From a virus, in IMG/VR virus record IMGVR_UViG_3300045988_126454, positions 1-15,486 of that record: 15,486 nucleotides of DNA, one strand, 5' to 3'. A program made the position numbers and the translations under genes. This document shows positions 1 through 6,794 of the stretch, in pieces; position 1 is the stretch's first letter; each line of letters begins with the position of its first letter. Below the pieces are notes generated by a model. That model saw only the letters and a program-made list of their open reading frames with translations. It was not told the origin of the DNA and did not search any database.

Positions 1-288
1 GTTACATAGTCCGTGTAGCGCGGACACTGTTTTCCCCAAAAAGACAAACATACGTTCGATAAATCAGATGTTAAATTCGCAACCTAAAAGTTGATCTATT
101 CCAATTTGTCAATAGTAAAAATGCACAAAGATCTACTAAATCTTTGTGCATAATGCATATTGATTTTTAAGTTTTCAGACAATTGAACGAGTTTTCAAAG
201 TTGTTCGCACAACACGAAAAAACAGTGTCCGCGGTAGACGGACACCATTAGTCCGTCTAGCACGAACACTTGTTCGATGTGGATAACT
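1..288. repeat. Left inverted terminal repeat (ITR-L), 288 bp
   Basis: By manual comparison, the reverse complement of 15199-15486 equals 1-288. Identity ends after GGATAACT (281-288). The repeat starts at base 1 of the window. Confidence 0.95.
116..151 (-). terminator. Intrinsic-terminator-like hairpin in ITR-L, facing the genome end
   Basis: ATGCACAAAGAT (121-132) pairs with ATCTTTGTGCAT (140-151): a 12-bp perfect stem with a 7-nt loop. On the minus strand the stem runs into a T tract (complement of taaaa, 116-120). It lies downstream of the last minus-strand gene. Confidence 0.6.
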
Positions 289-394
289 ATAAAAGTAATT
301 CTATACACAATTAAAATAAAAAGTGTCCGACCACTGCTGACACAACCTGTCCTTGGTGGGCGAACACTATAAACACTTGTTCGATGCGGATAAC

Positions 395-970
395 TTACGC
401 GGCGTTTAGCGTCATTGTACCGTTTAAGCAAAATGTTTTAGTGGTACTAGCCGTTGTTTTTACTTGTATAGCTGTAGAGTTTGGATATACTCTAATCTCT
501 GCTCTTTCTAGCGTATCACTAACATCAGTAGCTAGAAGTGTATTTAGCGGAAAACGTCCGTCAATAGTTCCATTTATAAATAAGTCTGCTAATGATATGT
601 CAAATGTTCCCTTGCAATTTATTATTAATGTAAAATTTACCGTGTTTCCGATTTGTATAAATTGTATTATAAAGTTTTCATATGCTCCAAAGTTTCCAGT
701 GAATGGCGTAATGTTTTGGAAATAGTAGTTCTTAAGCATTGATCGTATAGCTTCATCCGCACTCTCTCTATCTGTAATTTCTTTATCAACGCGCGCATTG
801 ATTCTTATATCTTCCGCGATTCTGTCAGTTTCTTCTTTTTTCAATGCCGCGTCAATTTGCACAAGCGCGTTACTCAACGGCTCTAAGCCCGTGCTTTTCG
901 GGCTAGTGAATCCATAATTTTTCGTTTTGAAAACAATGTTTTCGTCTGGATGGTAATTTCTTTTATACAT
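395..970 (-). CDS. Putative receptor-binding / tail fibre protein (191 aa)
   Basis: ATG at 970 is preceded by GGGAGGATGAAAAA. A charged helical N-terminal half (ALKKEETDRIAEDIRINARVDKEITDRESADEAIR) is followed by a beta-rich C-terminal domain. It is the last gene of the structural block. No specific family recognised. Confidence 0.45.
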   Translation of the reverse strand: MYKRNYHPDENIVFKTKNYGFTSPKSTGLEPLSNALVQIDAALKKEETDRIAEDIRINARVDKEITDRESADEAIRSMLKNYYFQNITPFTGNFGAYENFIIQFIQIGNTVNFTLIINCKGTFDISLADLFINGTIDGRFPLNTLLATDVSDTLERAEIRVYPNSTAIQVKTTASTTKTFCLNGTMTLNAA

Positions 971-983
971 TTTTTCATCCTCC

Positions 984-1808
984 CTATCGATTTAATACGC
1001 CAAACTCTCCAAGCGCATATACTTGTAAGTTTGGGTTTCTCGTTTGCGCGCTTGCGTTGTAAGCCACAACTGTCCATTTATCAACATTAACAATGATTCC
1101 TTCACAGTCAATACTTGCATTAGAAAGAAAGTATAATCCATTTTTCTGCATACTTTCTGGTAGCAAGATTCTTATGCTTGCACCCGCTTCTAACGTCACA
1201 ACCTGCTCCCATATACCGCCATAAGTTACAACATGCTCCAAGATTCCTACTGTTACATAATTTTTGATTTTTTCATTTATTTCATTTTCAAAGTTTGTTA
1301 TAATATTGTTAATTTCGTTTTTGTATGAGTTGAACTGATTTGTAATATCCGTCTGAAATTGGTTGTTATTTTGAACCATATTGTTAAAAGTTTCTGTCCA
1401 CTGTGCAAAAGTAGACACCCACTGCGCCCAAGTAGCTAACCATTGCGACCATGTGGTTTTCATGGTATTCCATTCTGTTACAATGTTATTCCACTGATCG
1501 ACAATACCATTCCATTCTGTCACAATGTTATTCCATTGATCGACAATAGAGTTCCATTCGTTGATAATCTGGTTTAAAAGTTTTGTTGCATCTTCGATAA
1601 ATTTCTTTTGCGCATCGGTTAAATCGTTTACTTGTTTAATAAGCTGATTAAGAATAGCACTTGTGCGGCACAATACCTCATAATATGATAGTGCATCATC
1701 GTAAACAAGTGGTTGAGTTTTTTGTAACCAAAACGCAAAGTCTGGAAAATGTACGTTATACAGTCCAGAATTTACGTTAGGGTCAAATGGGTTAATTTTG
1801 TTCGCCAT
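984..1808 (-). CDS. Putative tail fibre / appendage protein with an aromatic (Trp/Phe) heptad-repeat shaft (274 aa)
   Basis: ATG at 1808 is preceded by GAGAGGAGAATAAA. It occupies the position of phi29 gp12, after the collar genes. The N-terminal YDDALSYYEVLC motif resembles phage fibre N-termini as I recall them. Central WNxIVxx heptads are followed by a beta-rich C-terminus. Confidence 0.5.
   Translation of the reverse strand: MANKINPFDPNVNSGLYNVHFPDFAFWLQKTQPLVYDDALSYYEVLCRTSAILNQLIKQVNDLTDAQKKFIEDATKLLNQIINEWNSIVDQWNNIVTEWNGIVDQWNNIVTEWNTMKTTWSQWLATWAQWVSTFAQWTETFNNMVQNNNQFQTDITNQFNSYKNEINNIITNFENEINEKIKNYVTVGILEHVVTYGGIWEQVVTLEAGASIRILLPESMQKNGLYFLSNASIDCEGIIVNVDKWTVVAYNASAQTRNPNLQVYALGEFGVLNR
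1467..1550. repeat. Tandem 42-nt repeat (2 units, each made of two 21-nt sub-units) inside the fibre gene
   Basis: Units 1467-1508 and 1509-1550 differ at 4 positions. A partial further unit follows from 1551. The repeat encodes WNxIVxx heptads. Confidence 0.85.
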
Positions 1809-1821
1809 TTTATTCTCCTCT

Positions 1822-2616
1822 CTATCTCATCCAATCAATAGATAAGCCCAAGTTTCCGCGGTTTCCATATGCCGCCATATTAAAATCGTTTCCATGTTCG
1901 GAAAAATCGTCAAAAATTGACATAAACAATTCTTCACAATCTGAAATAATCGCATTATTAACGTTTACAATGTGCTCGCGGTACATAATAAGTTCGTTCA
2001 TTTTACTGCCACGCCATCCTTTTTCTGTCCGATGGCTAGTGTCTACAACTGATGTATTACTCTTACCTGTGTTTTTCTCACTAACTGCGCGGCTGTCCTC
2101 TCCTGTGCTTTGACCTCTAGTCATGCCGGACGCATAGTCCGCACCGGAAAAATTAACTTGTGGGTTATCACTGTTAATTCTTTGGTCATTAGCGCTACTA
2201 CTGTTAGTATCGTTCATAGTTCGATCTGCTTGTGATGTATTGCTTCCATCAGTAGTGTCTGTATCGTCAAATGTCATATTTGTATTTTCTAAAATTTGTG
2301 CAACACTTAAATTGCTATCATACATTGCTTTATATTTAGGCATGTTACGTCTCAATGTATCATTAAGTCTAAGCTTAAAAAGACCGATTGTTTCAAAACC
2401 GATTTCACACATGTAAAAGTGTATAATAAACATACGTTCAAAATTTATCCGGCTTGTCTCATCGTCATTGTACCACGGGAAAGTAAAATCAAAAAGCTTA
2501 GGCATACCTTTTTCGATTTTGTCGTAAGTAGTAGCGTTTATGTCTTTCCAGTCCGTAAAGCTTTCAATGTAGTCTCTAATTCTGGTTGTATATGTCGCTA
2601 TTTTCAACACCCCCAT
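1822..2616 (-). CDS. Putative lower collar protein (gp11 analogue)
   Basis: Lies directly downstream of the portal gene, as in phi29, and overlaps its 3' end. Contains a central S/T/N/D-rich low-complexity segment. The start is uncertain: ATG at 2616 or TTG at 2622, neither with a well-spaced RBS, so translational coupling is likely. Confidence 0.45.
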   Translation of the reverse strand: MGVLKIATYTTRIRDYIESFTDWKDINATTYDKIEKGMPKLFDFTFPWYNDDETSRINFERMFIIHFYMCEIGFETIGLFKLRLNDTLRRNMPKYKAMYDSNLSVAQILENTNMTFDDTDTTDGSNTSQADRTMNDTNSSSANDQRINSDNPQVNFSGADYASGMTRGQSTGEDSRAVSEKNTGKSNTSVVDTSHRTEKGWRGSKMNELIMYREHIVNVNNAIISDCEELFMSIFDDFSEHGNDFNMAAYGNRGNLGLSIDWMR

Positions 2617-3466
2617 TCGCAAGGTTTTCTTTTCGCTCCACGCCTAAGCCGTTACCAATGTATTGCACATCAACATTAATCCCAAACAGACGGTTGATTT
2701 GATCGCACGCGCGCTTTCGCACACCTAAAAAAGATTGTCGGTTAATTAACGTGAGGTCAGCATCTTGTTCGACTTCGCTTGTAATTAAACGCTCTTTTTT
2801 TGCGCCGTCAATGTTACTAATACCAAACTGCACGCAAAAGTCTGCGATTTCCTGACGCATAGCTGTAGTGAGATCTCCAAACACGTTAGGCGCATCAAGC
2901 TTAAGGACTTTGACATTATCGAGATTTGTTACACCATCTTTAACGGCAATAAATGGCACAAAATCATTATATTGTTTAAATAGATTTTTTATACTTAATC
3001 GCTGATTTTCGCTAGCCGCTATAGCTATTGGCGTTCTCTGTGCATATATATTTAGGTTTCTTGTCATCCTCATGTTAGCCAAACTCTCCGCGTACATCTG
3101 CACATAATCTACGCTTGGGTATCCTACGCTACTATCCCAGATAATAACGCTATTATTTTTTCCTAAGGTTTTAAAATACTGTTGTGCGTAAGCAAATCGC
3201 ATGTTCGGCACTCCGTAGATGTCCACAGTGCCGCCAAGGTTGGTTTTCATAGCTGCATATTTTTCTAATACATCATCTTTAAAAAAGACAGCCTGCCCCC
3301 ACCAAAAAAGATAGTCCTCTATCACTCGTGGTGGTATTTCATCTGGCAATCCTATCCACTCAAAGCGGTTCACAATCATTTCGTGTAGCATATTAAAATA
3401 TCGTATATAATAATTGCGATACTGCGGCACGCTGAAATATTCTGCGTCTTTCGATTGATTTTTCAT
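2576..3466 (-). CDS. Portal / upper collar connector protein (phi29 gp10-like)
   Basis: ATG at 3466 is preceded by AAGGAGTGTAAA. Blocks recalled from phi29 gp10 are present in order: FEWxxLP, AQRTPI, NQRLSIK, KKERLITSEV, GINVDV. The size also matches phi29 gp10 (309 aa). The 14-aa extension in the ORF track uses a TTG inside the upstream gene. Confidence 0.85.
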   Translation of the reverse strand: MKNQSKDAEYFSVPQYRNYYIRYFNMLHEMIVNRFEWIGLPDEIPPRVIEDYLFWWGQAVFFKDDVLEKYAAMKTNLGGTVDIYGVPNMRFAYAQQYFKTLGKNNSVIIWDSSVGYPSVDYVQMYAESLANMRMTRNLNIYAQRTPIAIAASENQRLSIKNLFKQYNDFVPFIAVKDGVTNLDNVKVLKLDAPNVFGDLTTAMRQEIADFCVQFGISNIDGAKKERLITSEVEQDADLTLINRQSFLGVRKRACDQINRLFGINVDVQYIGNGLGVERKENLANGGVENSDIYNQN

Positions 3467-3479
3467 TTTACACTCCTTC

Positions 3480-5165
3480 TTAATTATTTGACAAGCTATA
3501 GTTTCCAATGTCGTTGGTGTGCCATATTGTCACACCACGATCAAAAATAGATCGCAAAATGACAAGGTAATCTAAATCAATGTTTCCGCTGATTGTGCAA
3601 TTACGTGTTTTGACAAAATCCCACGCGCTCCGGTTGTGGATTGATGGTGTACCAATCTCGCCTATCTTATAGCCAAACATTGAAAAATAATCATCAATTT
3701 TGCGTGCATACTCTGCGCGAATTTGCATAGGATAATAGCTGATGTGATCGTTACCAATAATCTTACTAGCATTTCCGTTAGAAGTAGTTACGTTTCCGCT
3801 CGGTTGCAAATAATGATTAACTACGGCTTTAATACCGTCTCCGATAACTTCCGACCAATCAGTGCTACTAAGTGTCGCAAGTGGGCTAGACTTAAAAGCA
3901 TCACTCGCGGCTTGCTTTCCTGTTGCTATGGCGCTTCCCGCTCCACTTGCCGCCGCACCTAAAAATCCAAAACCCGCACCAGATAATGCCTTTCCAACTC
4001 CGCTAAAAACTCCTGCGGCTGTGTCAACTCCCTGTGATACTATACCCCCCGCACTCATTAAAGCACTAGCACCCGCTGTACTTGTCATCTGTGCAACATA
4101 TGCTTTGTATGCGTCTGTCATAATTGCACATTTCGGATAATCCGAAAAAGTAAGCATATCAGTATAATCCTGTGCAAAACCCTTATACTGGATTGGATAA
4201 GATACTAATAACGGGTTAGGTGTCATTGCTACTGTGTAGGTAAAACTACAAGCATTACTGGAAAAGTATTCATATTTGTATTCGATACCCGTGCCATTAT
4301 TGTTATTTCCGTATAAAAAATTATAAGGATAGCAAAATAACTTTTTGTTTTTTGGTACATATCCATCAATATTGTCGTATTTTTTAGGCAAATTTAATTG
4401 CTTGAACTGTGTTTCTTCGGCAATAAAGCTAGTTGGCATCATAAACGCGTTCAAAATTCCGTCAATCGTACCGTTTGCGTTAGCGGTAATTAAAAAATCG
4501 TTTACGCCGTCTCCATTATCGAAAACGTTAAAAGTGATAGCAGTATACACACCATCTCTAAATTCTCCGCCGTTAAAATTTCCGCTCTCGTCAAATGCGC
4601 TAGGTATTACAACACTCATAATGTTTCTGTCACTTAATTCCGGCGCGTCATAATTCTGCTCTGTCTCCTGTTTAACAATATATTCGCCTGTTTCCAATCC
4701 TTCGGGGAAAGTGTATTTACCTATAACATCATCAGACTTTTTTACAATTTGTCGCTCGATATAACACTTATTTAGCACCATATCGAATTGGCAATTTGTC
4801 CAAACGTCCATGATAAAATTCACTCTGCACGAATTAACCGACAGCGGTTCGACATTTGTTATAAATCCATATGCCCAGTTGTCCATATATCCTACGTTTT
4901 TAAAAGCAATATAGTTCGCACTGTCTGCATACAACTCATTGACAGGTGCGGCAAAGTCAGCATAACCTCTTTTAACTGGCGCGGCATTGTCAGTGCTATA
5001 GATTGCCTTGCTATCAACATATGCGAAAAGTTCTTCTCGGCTGTTAAAAAGTCGCACGTGATTGTAGGAAGAATCCCACGGAATACCACGGCATATTCTA
5101 ATTTGCGCAACAGGTGCAATTCCATCTACATTTTTTTGTATTGGCATTGGAATCATATTATCCAT
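3480..5165 (-). CDS. Tail knob protein (phi29 gp9-like)
   Basis: ATG at 5165 is preceded by GAGGTTAGC. The C-terminus FGYKIGEIGTPSIHNRSAWDFVKTRNCTISGNIDLDYLVILRSIFDRGVTIWHTNDIGNYS closely parallels the phi29 gp9 C-terminus (YGYKINRV...TKDCFISGDI...IFDNGITLWHTDNIGNYS). A Gly/Ala/Ser-rich loop precedes it, as in gp9. Confidence 0.9.
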   Translation of the reverse strand: MDNMIPMPIQKNVDGIAPVAQIRICRGIPWDSSYNHVRLFNSREELFAYVDSKAIYSTDNAAPVKRGYADFAAPVNELYADSANYIAFKNVGYMDNWAYGFITNVEPLSVNSCRVNFIMDVWTNCQFDMVLNKCYIERQIVKKSDDVIGKYTFPEGLETGEYIVKQETEQNYDAPELSDRNIMSVVIPSAFDESGNFNGGEFRDGVYTAITFNVFDNGDGVNDFLITANANGTIDGILNAFMMPTSFIAEETQFKQLNLPKKYDNIDGYVPKNKKLFCYPYNFLYGNNNNGTGIEYKYEYFSSNACSFTYTVAMTPNPLLVSYPIQYKGFAQDYTDMLTFSDYPKCAIMTDAYKAYVAQMTSTAGASALMSAGGIVSQGVDTAAGVFSGVGKALSGAGFGFLGAAASGAGSAIATGKQAASDAFKSSPLATLSSTDWSEVIGDGIKAVVNHYLQPSGNVTTSNGNASKIIGNDHISYYPMQIRAEYARKIDDYFSMFGYKIGEIGTPSIHNRSAWDFVKTRNCTISGNIDLDYLVILRSIFDRGVTIWHTNDIGNYSLSNN

Positions 5166-5180
5166 GCTAACCTCATTTCT

Positions 5181-5202
5181 AAGGGGGGCATTAAGCCCCC
5201 TT
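5181..5202 (-). other. GC-rich hairpin between the capsid and tail-knob genes
   Basis: AAGGGGGGC (5181-5189) pairs with GCCCCCTT (5195-5202), loop ATTAA. Six G-C pairs plus flanking pairs. There is no clear U tract on the minus strand. Confidence 0.6.
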
Positions 5203-5208
5203 GCTGAT

Positions 5209-6486
5209 TTAGTGATTAACTGTAACAGTACCAGTACCACTTACTGTACTCTTGTACCTTGACGTAGCTTTTACGGTAAGTGTTGCCGCTTTCTCGTCAT
5301 TGGCAATATGCAAGATATTCGACCCCGGAATAAAACTTGTATACTGGCTTGTCGCGCCCTCAATATCGTAGTCAAGCATCTGCGGCGTGTACTGGCTGTC
5401 TCCGGTTACTAACGCTGTAATTTCCACATCAGTTCCCACATTTCCGGCGGTATCGGTAACACTTACGGTTGTGAGACCTACCGTATCGGTTGTGAAAACG
5501 ATACACGGGAAAAACGGAGAATAGGAAAACATTTCACTCATAGTGTAAAAGTAGTTCCATGTCAGCGCCGCGCCGTTTCTCGAATCGGTCAGTGTCCGGA
5601 AATTCTCACGTACATTGAAAAATCTCATATCAAACAGCGCAAGCTTGATATTGGGGTCGTCAAACTTGTCAATGATAATTTTGCGGACATTGATGTCAAC
5701 TTTATCCATATTAAAGGCTGTTGCAAGCACTTCAACATCTAACTCCGCGTCAATTTCCGGCGTTGTGATATAAAAGATTGTCTGATCGTTTGCGCAACTG
5801 TCTGCTCCGGCAATGTTGTACTCGGGATGGGGAAATTTCATCTGACCAATGTAAGCCTTTACAAGCTTTGTCAGCTTCTTCGCGTTTTCTGCGCTCGCTG
5901 TAGGGTCTGCAACATTGACCGCATAGAGCTGATCTGCCGCGCTCGCGCTCTCAATCAGTCGCTTCATACACAAATATTCATCCCAATTTGCGGCGGCAAA
6001 AAGACTCTGTACTTTTGCATTGATTAAATCGCGCACACCATATTCCGACCGGAACGCTGTACGCAAGTTGTCAAAAGTGACTGTAACCGCGTACTGGATA
6101 GCGGGTGTGATCTTGTGATACGCCGCCATGACACTTGACTGATAGTAGGCATACAGTTCTGCAACGGTTGCGAACTGGTTAAACTGCTTACCTTTTGCCA
6201 TGTTGATAAAAATTTCTTCTTCTGTACCGCCGTAACGCATCGGATCTCTCTTAAGCACTCCGAGCGGATTCTCAAAAAAGACTGTCTCGATTCTCTGCTC
6301 CATAATCTGTTCTACTAATGCGTTAGCGAACGCATTTCGCAACGGAACGATGTTCAGCAAACTCTCGTATATACTCGAGATATTCTCTGCTGTTGCTTCC
6401 GGTATTCTGTTCTGATACTCCAAGCTCTGCATAGATCTTACTGCGTTTAAAATGGCTACGTTCGTAGCCGGAACTTTGTTACCCAT
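5209..6486 (-). CDS. Major capsid protein (phi29 gp8-like) with C-terminal Ig-like domain
   Basis: ATG at 6486 is preceded by GAGAGGAGAAAAA. The N-terminal pattern NAVRS...IPEATAENI...NPLGVLKRDPMRYGGTEEEIFINMAKGKQFN parallels phi29 gp8 (NAIRN...VPLATANNV...NPLKKFKKG..GRTIEEIYTDITKEKQY). The beta-rich C-terminal roughly 90 aa resemble the gp8 BIG2 domain. The longer ORF in the track starts at a TTG inside the scaffold gene. Confidence 0.88.
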   Translation of the reverse strand: MGNKVPATNVAILNAVRSMQSLEYQNRIPEATAENISSIYESLLNIVPLRNAFANALVEQIMEQRIETVFFENPLGVLKRDPMRYGGTEEEIFINMAKGKQFNQFATVAELYAYYQSSVMAAYHKITPAIQYAVTVTFDNLRTAFRSEYGVRDLINAKVQSLFAAANWDEYLCMKRLIESASAADQLYAVNVADPTASAENAKKLTKLVKAYIGQMKFPHPEYNIAGADSCANDQTIFYITTPEIDAELDVEVLATAFNMDKVDINVRKIIIDKFDDPNIKLALFDMRFFNVRENFRTLTDSRNGAALTWNYFYTMSEMFSYSPFFPCIVFTTDTVGLTTVSVTDTAGNVGTDVEITALVTGDSQYTPQMLDYDIEGATSQYTSFIPGSNILHIANDEKAATLTVKATSRYKSTVSGTGTVTVNH

Positions 6487-6499
6487 TTTTTCTCCTCTC

Positions 6500-6790
6500 T
6501 TACTCTGTACTGCCGTCAAAGTCAAGCATTTCCGGCGTTACATCTTCGACCACGCCAACATCTGCCTTTGGCTCTTCGATGTCTGCTTTCGGTGTTTCCT
6601 GTCCGGCTAACATTTCGCCAAAACGTGCAATGTATTTTTCGCGCAAGCCCTCATACCGTTCCTTGTAGCCGTCATCTGTTACGTTTGCGCCGCTTCTGAT
6701 GAATTCTGTAATCACATTGATTTCTTCATCTAATTCTTCCGGCGCGTCAATCTTTCCTAAGATTGCTTTCAAAGCTTCGTCTGCTGTCAT
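6500..6790 (-). CDS. Putative scaffolding protein (96 aa, acidic, helical)
   Basis: Lies immediately upstream of the capsid gene. Its size and acidity are like phi29 gp7. RBS GGAAAGGTAGGTAAAAAG. The call is positional. Confidence 0.55.
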   Translation of the reverse strand: MTADEALKAILGKIDAPEELDEEINVITEFIRSGANVTDDGYKERYEGLREKYIARFGEMLAGQETPKADIEEPKADVGVVEDVTPEMLDFDGSTE

Positions 6791-6794
6791 CTTT

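Noticed and set aside
108-113. TTGACA within the ITR (complement at 108-113; plus-strand copy at 15374-15379) as a promoter.
   Set aside because: It faces the genome end, only a weak -10 (TTTTAG) lies at 17-nt spacing, and nothing downstream could be transcribed.
195-1077. Minus-strand ORFs 195-431 and 883-1077, and the alternative-frame minus ORFs 4892-5125, 6024-6275, 7364-7555 and 9772-9981.
   Set aside because: They overlap recognised genes in another frame or run into the ITR. They have no RBS and no recognisable motifs.
5055-5060. An additional CACGTG core at 5055-5060 as a fourth palindrome site.
   Set aside because: The flanking bases (TCG/ATT) do not match the TGTTT/AAACA arms, so this is an ordinary hexamer occurrence.
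2576-6525. N-terminal extensions given by the ORF track for the capsid (start 6525), tail knob (start 5240), portal (start 3508) and hydrolase (start 7946).
   Set aside because: The extended starts are TTG or GTG codons inside the upstream gene and have no RBS. In each case an in-frame ATG with a strong purine-rich SD lies just after the upstream stop codon (6486, 5165, 3466, 7943).
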